64,000 nt of DNA, from the NCBI GenBank assembly GCA_051294905.1, contig CM119386.1, positions 4,216,001 to 4,280,000 of the forward strand. The letters run 5' to 3'. This stretch comes from Botryllus schlosseri. Lineage: Eukaryota. This document shows, piece by piece, positions 37,262-49,180 of the stretch (its first letter is position 1; each line of letters opens with the position of its first letter). The position numbers and the translations under genes were made by a program. The notes under the pieces are model-generated. The model was not told the origin of the DNA and did not search any database. It saw only the letters and a program-made list of their open reading frames with translations.

Positions 37262-37830
37262 GAATTAACCAACATGTGCCCAAACAGGTTAGAAAACCTG
37301 ACGTCAATGCTATTTCAGACAGTCAATCGCAGACAAGTAACCCTTTCTTGCGAGACTATAACCAGACCATGGCATGTAACTCAGCAATAGGTCAGCACCT
37401 TCTTACGCATCCAGAGTGTGCAACATCGTATAACGATAACAGATTTTCAATTCTTGCTCGCGGACGTACTCTGTTCCATTCGAAGGTTCTCGAATCGACT
37501 CTAATAAAACTCGAGCAGCCGATTCTTTGTCGGCAAAAGGACCGGCTCTATTCTCTCCGTGTATTTCACTAGTGTTGCGTCTCTGGCTATATATTATAGC
37601 CAATTTGTATTGTACTAATTGCATTTTTGCTTAACGCTCTCGTTTTGAGAACTCTCTCATTGTTGTTGTTATACCATGATTACGTCACACTACATATTTC
37701 ATCTTTATATTTCTAATTACAATCTCCGTATTTACTGACGGCCACTCCCGACGAGGATCAGTTGAAAAGCTTAGAGTGAATAAATTGCGAATATGAATGT
37801 GTTGTTCGTTGCAATATTCAAATTATGTTC
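37262..37830 (+). mobile_element. 5'-truncated Penelope-like retroelement (GIY-YIG C-terminal half plus 3' region)
   Basis: INQHVPKQVRK...NSAIGQHLLTHPECATSYNDNRFSILARGRTLFHSKVLESTLIKLEQPILCRQKDRLYSLRVFH* is typical of the PLE GIY-YIG C-terminus; hammerhead about 160 nt after the stop. Right boundary approximate. Confidence 0.88.
37734..37777 (+). ncRNA. Minimal type I hammerhead ribozyme (family 2, U4C and G-U stem II variant)
   Basis: ACTGAC-GGCC-ACTC-CCGACGA-G-GATCAGT-T-GAA-AAGCTT-A-GAGT: same spacing as family 1, perfect stem I ACTC/GAGT, palindromic stem III. Confidence 0.7.
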
Positions 37831-38581
37831 CACAAGGAACCTGTTTAGATATGGTTAATGAAAAACAGGGGCATGAGGTAGCATTTTCGAATCAGTTGAC
37901 TGGTGCGGCCTGCGAGCGATTTGAAGTTTGAATCCGGCCCGAGAAAGCTCATTTTACCTTTCCTAGTTACACCAGTGCACACAACGCTAAACATGCATTG
38001 CTTCATTGAGTTGATTCTCGGTGCGCAAGCGAAACAGATCTGGAGACAAAAACATTTCACTGTCAGATTTCCAATTTTTTAGCTATGGCTTGCACCTGTA
38101 GCAGTGGTTTGAATTAGAACATTATAACGGATAAACTATAACCGCGGTCATTTGCCGAAATAAATTTGGTTCAATTCAATGTTTAGGTTTGGTTATCATT
38201 TCTTTGCATAAAGCACTTCCCGTACAAATAGCAGATCACCATTTAGTGGGCGACTGTCACATGTGGCGACTTCAACATTCATATCCTCGGATTTGCTTGG
38301 TAACTGCATCACCATATTGTCCTATTGTCCTGGCGTGGAAACAGCGAGATCGAACAGGTCACTGCGGCTGGGTTACGTCATACTTTCCATTTGGTCAATA
38401 GCCATTTTCCGGCTAATTTCTGCCGGCTTGCCGGGCGCTCAATTTGATAAAGCGGGTATCAATAGGAAGCTGCCTTGGAGCTCCCCAAAATCAGCCTCGC
38501 ATTTTGCACTGTTACGGAATTTGGCATTGTGACACTACAGGGCTGTCTACTATTGATACGCCGCAGCTCAGGAGCAAGGAG

Positions 38582-40175
38582 TAGGGATGGTGTGAATGTG
38601 TAGCCTACCTCTGAAAGGTTCAGGCTCGTCTGAAAGCAAACCTTTTTGAAATGTTCTGTGTAAACGCGAACGTGAAACTCATGACGTCACGTGATGTCAT
38701 ATTGCTACTTACAAACCCTACACATGAAGTGATACAGTATTGTATAAGTACAACGCGATAGTTATAGCGATGACTCGGTCCACATTATGCCACAAAGCTG
38801 AAGTACATACTGACTTTCTAAACGTCGCCAAATATATAAACTGGAGCAATCAAATGATAAAATAATCCAATAAAATCAATATCTTTCGTCGCTTTGCCAA
38901 CATTGGCGACGAGAACTTGCAAGGGCATATAAGCTTACGCCTTAACGGTCTAGGCCAGGGGTGTCAAACATACGGCCCGCGGGCCGCTTCCGGCCCGCCA
39001 GACGATTTCATCCGGCCCGCGAAGCAATTCCGAGTAAATTGAAAAATGCTTACAATATCCAGCACATGTGTATAAAATGTTCAAGTTTTTTTTTATTTAT
39101 TTTTATAGTAGATACTTCCATTACACAATCCTTGAAGACAGCAAATGTCGAGCTTCTTCAATTTCCATGGCCACATCATAGCCCCCGATTGGGCGACATT
39201 GACAGCCAATTTCGAGTAGGAAAAAAGTGCACACTGAGTTTAGGGTTCTATGGGAAAATGAAAAAAAAGTAGTTCTTCACAGAAGCGAAAACATTCAAAT
39301 TTCTGTGGTTGCACTGCTGTGTCACTTCCGCCTCGACAGGTCCACGGACTCCAGAGAAACCAGAAGCGAGATATATTAATAATAAAAAATGCGTTCCAAC
39401 GTATGTGGCTACAGTTAAATATGTTTTCCTCACAACCCATGCGCCGGGCTAATGCCAGATCACGGCTGAAGCACGGTGAGCATAAGAATATGCCAAGTGC
39501 CAACTTATATCGTCGTAAGCGCCACTGTTTTAGAGGTTCATAAACTGTATTCAACCAGCCAAGCATCGTATTTGCCTTGTCGATTGTTCGCGAATAAAGG
39601 TGTTGCTGATTGATAGAATGAAACCCACTATGATCCGGGGTGCAATGTAGGCCTAATTATACTATTATAATGATCTATGGTGCAATGTATGCCTAATATA
39701 TACTATTATAATTATCTATATAAGCTTAGTAATAAAGTATTCAAGTGAAAAGCAAGGGCATGAGATAGGCTATAATGGAAACATCGACTGATCCGGCCCG
39801 CGAGCGATTTGAAGGTTTGAATCCGGCCCGCGACGCAATTTGAGTTTGACACCCCTGGTCTAGGCCATACCGGAATATGTATACGGCGTCTCAGTATTGT
39901 TACATTGGTATTGAGCAGAGTGTAAAAAGGGTTTCGATACTTGCTATCGATATTATCCAAATAACAAGTTATGCAGGAGTAGCCAAAACCACAATCACAC
40001 GTATTTTTTTTATCGTACAATAAACATATCAAACCACAATAAACCACGTACGCCTGCCAGATTGAATAAGCATCATTCGCTAACTATACCTACATGTAGT
40101 GTATTTCGCTCTTGGTATTGTGAAGTTGCGGGTCAAGCTCACAGCAGAGAGTCACTAAATATTCACAAACGGAAC
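38582..40175 (-). mobile_element. Inverted partial copy of the TAGGGATGG element, split by a hAT insertion and cut off by the LINE
   Basis: Starts TAGGGATGGTGTGAA; reverse complement follows 35059 back to about 34370; match stops at CACAAACGGAA (40175), where LINE sequence begins. Confidence 0.8.
38956..39857 (+). mobile_element. Charlie/Buster-type non-autonomous hAT element
   Basis: TIRs CAGGGGTGTCAAAC / GTTTGACACCCCTG; GGCCCGC repeats; perfect TSD GTCTAGGC. Confidence 0.92.
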
Positions 40176-43100
40176 ACTGCTGATAATGCTGTATATCCAC
40201 AGGGCCTATCGAAAGCTACATTCTTCGAAGCTGCATGGCTACGTAAGCATTCTATTTGACCGCGGTATTTTCTGCAATTCATCAGATAGTGCTCTACGGT
40301 TTCATCAATACCGCATAAGTCGCACAGTCGCGAGTCGATGCATCCAGTTTTGTTGATATGGTACTTCAGTCTGCTATGCGTCGTTATTAACCGCAGAATA
40401 AACGAGTTTCCGAACCTTGTGTCCACTTCAGATACACTGTCATGTACTGAGGGTCGCAGTTCTTTGTATGATCTTCTAGTATCTGTTGATTGATAAATGT
40501 GGTCTCGGCAAGTGGGGTGACATGTTTCGTCGTCTGTGTGTATTAGAGGCTTCCGCCCTTGCTAATTGATCTGCAGATTCATTACCGCGTATTCCGGAGA
40601 GTCCGGGTACCCTTACAAATGATATGGTGATTTCTTCTGCCCGTAGCTGATGATTCAGCTCAATAATTTCATTCACCAGTGCCGTGTGATATAGTCCAGA
40701 ATGTTTGATCGCGTCCAATGCACTCAAGGAATCGCTGAATAATGCAACTCTCTTAACTTGACTCTGCCGCACCCATAGTAGCGCATGTTTGATTGCAATG
40801 AGCTTCACTGAGAAGATCGAGAGAATTCTTAGGAGCGAGTACGCAATATTCATATTATGTGCAGGAACGTGAACCGAATATCCGCAACCTATTTCCGTTT
40901 TAGACCCGTCTGTACAGATTTCTGTGTGTTCTTCATAGTTGATTTATAGGCCTATGCGATCTTTTAAGAGTATTGCAACCGTTTCTGGAGATGTTTGTCT
41001 ACTTATTGAAAGTGATAGTGAGGAATCTACATCGGGAAGTGACGTTGCCCAAGGATCGATAGTATCACGTTCCTGCAATATTCTCACAGGACAAAGCCTT
41101 AGCATGTGTAAAGGCGTGAAACGTTGATAATCAATCTTTAATAAGAGCGTACATGTCCTCCCACGTCTCTTGCAACACCGAATATGTAGGGTTGTCCTGC
41201 TGGGTACAGTCAATTGATATCGATACTGCGAACAGGCGTACCAATGTCTTAGGTGAAGAAGCATTTCATTGCTTTCAACTTCGAATACGCACATCGGGAT
41301 ACTGCACATGGCACCGCAGCATATATTTTCAGTGCTTGGTTCCTAATCACTTAAATTTTCTTAAGGTGTGTCGTGTGTCTTAGGAGCAAAGAAGTAGGCC
41401 TAGGGCTTCATTCCATAATCGATCACCGAGCGAATTAATGATCTATTTAGCATCAACATTACATCTTTAGACCCACCCAATGTGGTGCCTGATAGCATCC
41501 TTCATTACATTTAAGCATTTGTCACACTTCCTTATAACGAAATCAATAGTATTTTTGTAGTTAAACCTCTTATCAAAGTATACTCCAAGATATTTCAAAC
41601 TGTCTACATATGTTAGATCATCTTCACCCAACCGAAGTCTTGGTGCATCCAGTTTCCGTTTTCTGGTAATTAACATAGCGACACTTGACTTCTCTCGACG
41701 CAGCAAATCCCCATTTCGAACACCATCTGACGAATGTGTCCAGGCTAGACTGAATATCAGCAGCGAGCTCATTAATATCGAAACCGGCTTCCCAAATTGC
41801 ACATAATGCACAATCGTCAGCAAAGAGACCCACTTTTGATCCTATATTTGATGGGAGGTCATTTATCATAACAGTGAACAGTATGGTGATAATACGCTTC
41901 CTTGAAGAATGTCGTTTTCTAGATGGTACAAATCTGATAACGCACTTGAAACGTCCGGGTACCTAAAAAGTTCTTTATCCGCGTCAACATTTGTCTGGCT
42001 ATTCCCATACGTTGTATAGTTTTCAAATAAATTCATCCCGCCAAACCATATCATATGCCCGTCTTATATCCAGAAAACCCGCCAAAACCGATCGCCCATT
42101 ATTTTTTTATTGCTTTATAGGCAGAGTCATGGAAACTGATAATATGATCACGAGCACGTCGCCCTCTCCTGAAGCCGCACTATGACTATTTATATTTTTC
42201 CAGGTACCATGTCAATCTGTTAGCGATCATCGTTTCTACTATCTTGCAGAAATGACTTGACCGATATTGGTCGATACGAATGGGGAGAAGTAGAGTCTTT
42301 ACTTGCTTTCAAAATTGGAACGATAATTGAACAGTTCCAGGAACTTGGCATCGCACCTGTTGCCCATGACAGATTTATGATTTCCAGCATTTTTGACCGA
42401 CCCTCGTCCGGCAAGTGCTTAAACACAGCATAACACAATAAGGCATCACCACCCAGTGCCGTATTCTTTTTGGTACATAGGGCTTGCATCAATTCGTTTG
42501 CACAAAACGGTGCGTTAAGCTCGTCAAACACTGCTATATTACATGGAGAAATACCGAGCACAATGTGCCTGTTAATAATGAAATTGAAAGGAAAGTTATT
42601 GTTGCTACTCGCGTTTTTGAACACATGGGCTAACGAGTTTGCTTTACCAACATCATTGGTAATCTTCTCTCCGCCAATCATTAAAGTAGGGATTACTCCC
42701 AACGCTGCATTTGTGTTCGAAACGGATCGTGCGACTTTCCATACCGTTTGAAAGTTTGCTCTAGCTCCCAATGATTTGCAAAAAGACTTCAAAGAATGCC
42801 TCCTGGCTCGGAGAATTACACACCTGCTTTACACACGCAACCTTTTAGAACGAATGATGTCCTCCTGTGCGAACGTCCTTTTCATCTTCATCAATGCTTC
42901 TTCTTCCTCCTAACAGCTCTAGAGCATTCAGCGTTCCACCAAGGGTTGGGATTTCTTCTATGATTGTGCGTCATAAGTATTGAATTGCTCGCAACATGCA
43001 GCATGGTTTGACAGAACTCTGCGACGACTGAATCGATATTGGTTTCAGCTTCCATATTCGTATGCAATACAAGGGATACTCAAAACTCTCCCAGTCAGCT

Positions 43101-43583
43101 TTTCTCAGACTCCAGCTGGGGGGGGGGGGTCTTAATTTAGTTCTTGGGGCTTTATTAATAGAGGTAGTGGGGACGATCAAATAATCACTGCCAAATAAAT
43201 CATTTGACACTGTAGTTGAGCATCTACTTGCTCTATCAGGGGATGCAAACGACATGTCTATCAATAACTCATCTTCTTCAGATGAGTAGGTGAATCCACA
43301 TTCAATGACACAATAGAATATTTATCTAATGCGTCGTAGAGATTGACTCCTCGCGCATTGGTTACATCTGATCCTCACGCCCAGTGATGCGAGTTAAATC
43401 AACAAATACCAAAGATTTCCAGGAAAGCTATGTATAGCATTATATCCATGGGAAGTTGGTGCATATTCCTCGATTACGAGTCTCTTGGAGCAGTATAATA
43501 TCAGGATGATTTCTCATTTCAGCAATATATTGCTTAAATTACGGGAGCTTTCTATATATGCTACGACACTTCCATTGTAGGAT
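40176..43583 (-). mobile_element. Decayed I-group-like non-LTR retrotransposon ORF2 (APE-RT-RNase H-CCHC)
   Basis: APE: ILQWKCRS...PDIILLQET, DFNSHHW, IDMSFAS, GSDY; RT: YRPIS, QGSVLS, MINDLP...LFADDCAL, KYLGVYFD; RNase H: CTDGSK, FSDSLSAL, GIRGNESADQLA; C-terminal CDLCGIDETVEHYLMNC. Many stops and frameshifts. Confidence 0.93.
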
Positions 43584-44361
43584 AAGTAATCTGGTATGAT
43601 TGAAGGTGCCCTGGGATCGCACTCAACATATCTTCCAATGTAGCAGATTCGAAGGATACGCTTAGCCATTTTTCAGACGCTGAGGATATGAGACACCGAA
43701 CATCGATTTCTTCATTTGCACGGCATGCAATAGCTGTTTGGTTGACGATTTCCGTCATACAAGCGAAAAATAGAAACGGGTGTACGGCAGTTAACAATGA
43801 GTTCGCATTGGCTTGATTGTCCTCTTCGTGATGTTGATTACTATCACTGAGAAGACAAGTAGGTATTTTAGGATTACAAGCTCCAACTTCATCGTTTTAA
43901 TATCGCTATATTGGGACTATACTTTGTATTTGAGTATATACATTTTGGCATTTCCTACATGCAGTGCAGTATAAGCAATGACTTTTTATTATCCCTCTAC
44001 ATTCTACATAGCTTGGATTATAAATATTACATATTACATTTTATTTGTGTGCTGTGCATCATTGCAATATGTCTGAAAACGACGTGAACGTCAACGAAAT
44101 AAATTGTCCATCGACAGAAAAAGATTACAAAGAATATTTTCTGCGCAGACTGGTAAGTTTCCCGGTGTTAAAGATGGGTGTGGTATGGTCCTTGGAAACT
44201 GAGAACTTTTTCCAGATGCGACTTCACTTGATATGGTCGCCGGCAACTTTTTATTAACCATTCATTCGTTGAACAATTTTCATCATTTGCATAATATGAG
44301 AATGTTACGATGTGCTGAAACAACAGGAGAGTGTTTTAAGCAGGGGTCGGCAACCCCTTGC

Positions 44362-44758
44362 GAGTGCGGAGCATGAACCGGAGCCGGATTGGATATCCGG
44401 CCGGATTTTTTAAATTTTGGCGGGACCGGATCGGAGCCGGATCAGTACTCTTTCTGATAAGGCCAGAATCTTTATGGATAAGCATGACGTTTGTGACTAA
44501 ATAACTACCAACCAACCACACGCAACGTAACCGCCAAGCCAGTGCAAAAATAAACGAGCCATATTTATAAATTCACGGAACTACCGTACCGTGTTGGGCC
44601 GGACTTCCGGCCTGACTTTTTCATTTTAGGCCGGATCCGGATAGGAGCCGGATCAATAGTTTTTCCTGATACGACCGGAGCCGGATCGGAGCTGGACCGG
44701 AGAATTGAAAAACCGGATCGGAGCCGGACCAGAGAATTTGTTGATCCGCTCCGCACTA
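44362..44758. mobile_element. CCGGAT-repeat MITE nested just inside another hAT left end (44341)
   Basis: Ends GAGTGCGGAGC / GCTCCGCACTA; CCGGATCGGAGCCGG arrays; TSD CCCCTTGC / CCCCTTGT. Confidence 0.8.
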
Positions 44759-45010
44759 CCCCTTGTACGCGGGCCAAAAGTGGAGATAATTTTTCATGGC
44801 ACGCCAAATGATTTGACAAATTTCAGTAATACAGTCAAATTGTTATTCCCATGTAATACATGAAGAGGTCAGATTACAGAAGAGCGGTAGATAAAAAATT
44901 GGCAAGCGTTGCAGAGCAGAGGTAGAGATCATTAAAAATGAAGAATCGAAATTACAGAAAATTATGCTGTGATTTGCGCGCACAAGTCATATGATCAAAT
45001 TATATTGTCA

Positions 45011-45184
45011 CAGTGTTGGGATCAAGTCACTCCTTCGAGTCACGAGTCATCTCGAGTCACAGCATATTTTGACCCGAGTCAAGTTAAGTCACTCGTTTTT
45101 TGGAGGTGACTCGAGTCAAGTCAAGTCAAGTCACGAGTCAAATCACAATTCAAGTCAAATTGAATTTTCGAAGAATGAGTGATG
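45011..45184 (+). mobile_element. Left end of GACTCGAGTC-family hAT element
   Basis: CAGTGTTGGGATCAAGTCACT plus GAGTCAAGTC arrays, as at 62850; interrupted by the MITE at 45185. Confidence 0.8.
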
Positions 45185-45614
45185 TAGGGCAAGTTTTTGT
45201 TGCAATTAAATCCGTGGAAAGTTGCATATATTTTTGAAAAAAGTTGCAGAAGTTGCATTTTGACCACATTTTGCTCGGTTGACTAAAAAAAAGGTCTACT
45301 TTCCAGATTAACTAAAAAAAATTTCCGGCTCAGCTCCCGAAATACCCGTAAAAGCGTTACTTCGGTGCTGATTTACGCTGCTTCAGTCGAATTTGGCCGC
45401 GTATTTCTCTAAAATCGAAAATACTTTCATGAAAAATCGAAAAAGTTGCAAAATGTTGCAAAAAGTTGCATGAAAAAATGGACAAAAGTTGCAAAAAGTT
45501 GCACTATAAGATTCCTTCAAACAGCTTAAAACAGCATTCCAGATATCTTACGAGTATTTAGGAAGCTGCCGGAAGCTGTAAAAAAAGTTGCAAAAGTTGC
45601 AAAACCTTGCCTTA
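45185..45614 (+). mobile_element. TAGGGCAAG-family hAT MITE
   Basis: Colinear with 6317-6713; GTGATG flanks both ends (partial TSD). Confidence 0.88.
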
Positions 45615-45915
45615 GTGATGATTCAAAGTCATTTCATTTTGTTTGCTGCGTGAAAGACAGATTAAGTGTCCATTTGTATTGAATCAAATAACGAATATAA
45701 AGGTAAAGATACATGCAAAATGGCATTGCATCGCTGACGCGCACGTAGAACTGCTAATAAAATATGCATAGCTCCATGCTACTGTCTGTTATTATTAGGC
45801 AAAACTGAATATCGAAGCCTCGAGAAGTTGAAATAAATTGATGTGGTACAATACACAACCCACCTACACATCCGGGAGAATATAAACGCATAAACAATGT
45901 TCGCTCGATTTAAAT

Positions 45916-46760
45916 CAGTGGTACCCAAATTGGCGCCAGCGCCCCTGGGGACGTTCGCGAGCGTGAAGGGGGCGCTGAACATGAAATGGGCGATTGAGGG
46001 GCGCTGCGTATAAAATTGGGGGATGAGAGCAAATGGGGGCGGTGCAGGTATAGAAGGCATCTGTTGTGTAGTGTTGAAACGATTGATGAGATTGATGAGC
46101 CACCATGGCCTCGGACATGACGTTCTAATTGCGAGAAAAGATATCTGTTATACTTGGCGGACATATTCTCCAAAATTTAAGAGTCGAATATATCCGTTCT
46201 CGGTGAAAATGCCACTGTCCGGATTCAATGATGAGCCCTTGATATATTACCGAAAATTAGCGAGACGTGAACTTTTCGAATTGCCAAGCTTGCCTGAGCT
46301 TTATATCGGTTCAGCTCGCATGTCCGAATTTTTAGAAGCCAACAGCAGTCATCGCCACACTTTTAGCGGACAAGACTCTGTATTCACACCCAAAGGGTGG
46401 TACACGAATATATAACCTAACTCAGAATTATATCGAGGTCATAAATCCTACGTGTCTACGTGCATACCTTTCTACGTTCGCACGTGCATGCGTAATTTGG
46501 ATTAAAATGCTGTACTCGATTTATAACGCGGTATAAGTCTGAGGCATGTTCTGGTTCCGTCTCCGTGTGTCATGGGTGTATTTTCACACCCGTATACTCT
46601 TTTCGCTAAGAGGGCATCGTTAGCTGTCTCATTATTAGCGGCAATCAATGCAGAAATACTGTTTTTTATTATTTAGGCGTGGTCAAGGAGGGGGTTGGGG
46701 ACGCTGGTACTTTATTGGTTGTCCAGGGGGCGGTAGCTCAAAAAGGTTAGGGAAACACTG
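45916..46760. mobile_element. Non-autonomous hAT element
   Basis: Ends CAGTGGTACCC / GGGAAACACTG; TSD ATTTAAAT / ATTTAAGT. Confidence 0.72.
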
Positions 46761-47114
46761 ATTTAAGTCGTACAAGATGGTTGGCGAAGGGTGAGCACTG
46801 CGCAATGTAAGCCCTCAGCCGTCTAAGAAACAAAGATACGTTGCTATTAAATTAATCTGTCTACTATGACAACGTAAGCTGTGATCTTTTCGTTTTTTGC
46901 GGTTGCAATTTATTTGTGATGTGAAATAATAGAGGATCAATCAGTGGCACGCTGCAGACGAAAGGTTGCCGATTCCTCAGTCTATATATCAGCAAAGATA
47001 GAGAATGAAACCTCTTAAAGTTGAAACAAATGGAATACACAAATGGAATGCACAATACACAAACCACCTATATATCCATATGATACGACTTATGCTTGTA
47101 CATTTCGATTATAA

Positions 47115-47290
47115 TCGCCCGACTCGCCCGATTATTGGAAATTACATGCCGGTGACGTCATATTTTGTTATACGATTGTTAATATACAATGTTCTTTCTA
47201 ATTCTCTACTAATTGCTGACGATTACCCCTGACGAGTGTCAGCCGAAAATATTCGGACTCATTTCAATATGAATATACCACTCAATTATG
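47115..47290 (+). mobile_element. Penelope-like 3'-end (pLTR) fragment
   Basis: Aligns with the reverse complement of 62383-62500 (CATATTTTG..ACGATTGTT.ATATAC.ATG..AATTCTCTACTA.TTGCTGACG). Confidence 0.75.
47215..47258 (+). ncRNA. Minimal type I hammerhead ribozyme (family 1)
   Basis: GCTGAC-GATT-ACCC-CTGACGA-G-TGTCAGC-C-GAA-AATATT-C-GGAC: intact core, stem I reduced to 2 bp. Confidence 0.7.
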
Positions 47291-47488
47291 CAATTGGTAT
47301 CACGCTGTTGCGTTTCGACAGAACAATATTTCAATACTTTCCGAGGTGAAGGCTCGCTTGTTCTTGTAAAATGATTATAAAATAATTATAGAGTAAATAT
47401 AAAGTAATTATGGAATAATTATTTTACAAGCACAAGAGTGATTTGATTCAGGTTGGGCTGTGGTCACAGAATCAAGCAAATTGTGAAA

Positions 47489-47620
47489 ATGTCTACATTG
47501 AAATGTCTCATTGGGGACAAATTGCGTGAAAGATCCGTCCAGGCATATACGTATTTTCACATTTCACAGAATAAAGATCCTGACTGTGTGGAGCTGCTGT
47601 GCTTGGAGGAAGACAACAAG
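47489..47620 (+). CDS. Candidate upstream coding exon of CaaX paralogue B (MSTLKCLIGD...LLCLEEDNK)
   Basis: Acceptor TTCAG| at 47451, ATG at 47489, phase-0 donor AAG|GTAAAT at 47620/47621, matching the phase-0 acceptor at 48131. Confidence 0.45.
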
Positions 47621-48131
47621 GTAAATAGCCATAGCATGTTGACAAGACCAGAGGGATCGACGATAATCAGATTAGCAGCACACATATAGTAGTGCGTTTT
47701 CCGTGCTGACATGGCAGCGTCCGCGCTGTACTATACCTGAAAGACTATAACCTGCCTACAGCTGAAAGCCGTGATTGACATACCAGAAACGTAGGGCTAC
47801 TAAGGACAAGTTACAATTACCAAGCTTAGCAAGCAATTTATGAAATTTTATGTTTAAATTAGGAATTTTGCATGATATTGAAATGGAACTACCACTCCCA
47901 AGGGTTACTCTCGGCAATGATAACTCACGTTAGTTTCAAGTATGTACACAAGATATGGAGGTCAATCCCGCAGCTTGCTTTGATAAAGAATGAAATTATA
48001 TTTTAGTAATTCAAACAATCTGGCGAACTACGTTTTCGTCATTATTTAAGGACGTTCGCTCATAATTTAAGAACCACTGCCCCAATATAACTATATAGCA
48101 ACCTATACGCTACATACATTGTATATTTCAG

Positions 48132-48377
48132 AAGTCAGCGAAATTGGAATTAAGCGAACGAATAAACATACTAAGAATATGCGTTGAAGAGCATGAGAAA
48201 GACCCGATAAAGAATCGGGCGAAGTTGATCACGCTGGAACGGTATAAATTGGAGGACAAGCAGCGAGGGGCAGAAGAAAGGTGGCGCGAATTGCAAGCGG
48301 GGGTCGCTGTCGCGGGGGCTGCGTCAGGCGCCGTCGGCGCTGGCGTAAATGCTTCAAAATCGTGTGTTTTACTTTGA
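48132..48377 (+). CDS. Terminal exon of small CaaX-ending protein, paralogue B (...NASKSCVLL*)
   Basis: Acceptor TATATTTCAG| at 48131; KSAKLELSERINILR...EERWRELQAGVAVAGAASGAVGAGVNASKSCVLL*; N-terminal part similar to the 24061 exon. Confidence 0.68.
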   Translation, partial: KSAKLELSERINILRICVEEHEKDPIKNRAKLITLERYKLEDKQRGAEERWRELQAGVAVAGAASGAVGAGVNASKSCVLL

Positions 48378-48846
48378 ATCTGCTTAAAAGGATCTTGTTT
48401 AAAAATTTTGATAAGTCAGAATACATCTTTAAATAAATACACGAACACGTATGCTATGCGTTGTATTTGAAATAAAGGCAAATGCAATTTGATATTTTCG
48501 GGTAAATTTAGTGCCTTTGAATGCCTTTGTCAATTAATATAATCAACTCGTTCGCCCGACTCCGTTCTGTCGAATATGCACAATTAGAGAACAGATGAAG
48601 AACGAGAGCTGGGAGTTCAGGACGGAGACCATAAAGTTAGCTTATCCAGGAGAATGCTATAATCGTCTGATTAAAACTGTTAATCGTGGTTCATAAAGTT
48701 TGAAAGATTTCGCGCGAGAATCATCCCAAGTCGACTCGTGAAACTTTTAATCCGGCGAAGTGGTTTGCCACGATTAATAGTTTTTAATCAAACGATTACC
48801 ATTCTTCCGGGTAAGGCAACTTTATGATCTCGGCTGTGTTCGATTC

Positions 48847-49180
48847 AATATAATAATAACCAATGCGATGTAACGAACAGATAGGAGGATGTCGAAGGAC
48901 ACGCATCAGTAGCGATCCTTTACTCCAACATCCACCTCGGCCTAGAGCGCCCGATGTCACAGTTTTGTTTTCGATGTTGCTCTTTTTGAAGCCGCGGCCC
49001 TTTCTACTCGGTCTTTCCATTCCTTGTGAGTGCTTTCTTTCTTCGGGTCTTTTCCCGTACTTTATTGTCGCCGTAAGAACGGCGACAGCGGGGGCAGAGG
49101 AGCCCAAATGAACCTCCGACTGGAATCGAACCGGGTCCACCAACTTAGTAGGCGCTCATCGTTACCACCCCCTACGGATG
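48847..49180 (-). mobile_element. tRNA-derived SINE
   Basis: Minus-strand head with A-box-like TAGGGGGTGG (49165-49174), B box GGTTCGATTCC (49122-49132) and acceptor-like CATCCGT/TCGGAGG; body shared with 16325-16522; (TTA)n tail. Confidence 0.75.

Larger units (their letters stand above)
36454..37970 (+). mobile_element. hAT element (family of 38956-39857) interrupted by a Penelope fragment
   Basis: Left part aligns with 38956-39070 (CCGGCCCGCCAGACG, GAAAAATGC..A.ATATCCAGCAC); right part 37850-37960 aligns with 39740-39850 (GCGAGCGATTTGAAG.TTTGAATCCGGCCCG). Confidence 0.7.

Noticed and set aside
46023-46415. 130-aa ORF inside the 45916-46760 element as a transposase
   Set aside because: No hAT motif recognised in any frame read.
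49113-49180. Functional tRNA gene
   Set aside because: Mismatched acceptor stem, no convincing D or anticodon arms, and it continues into a repeated body, so it is a SINE head.
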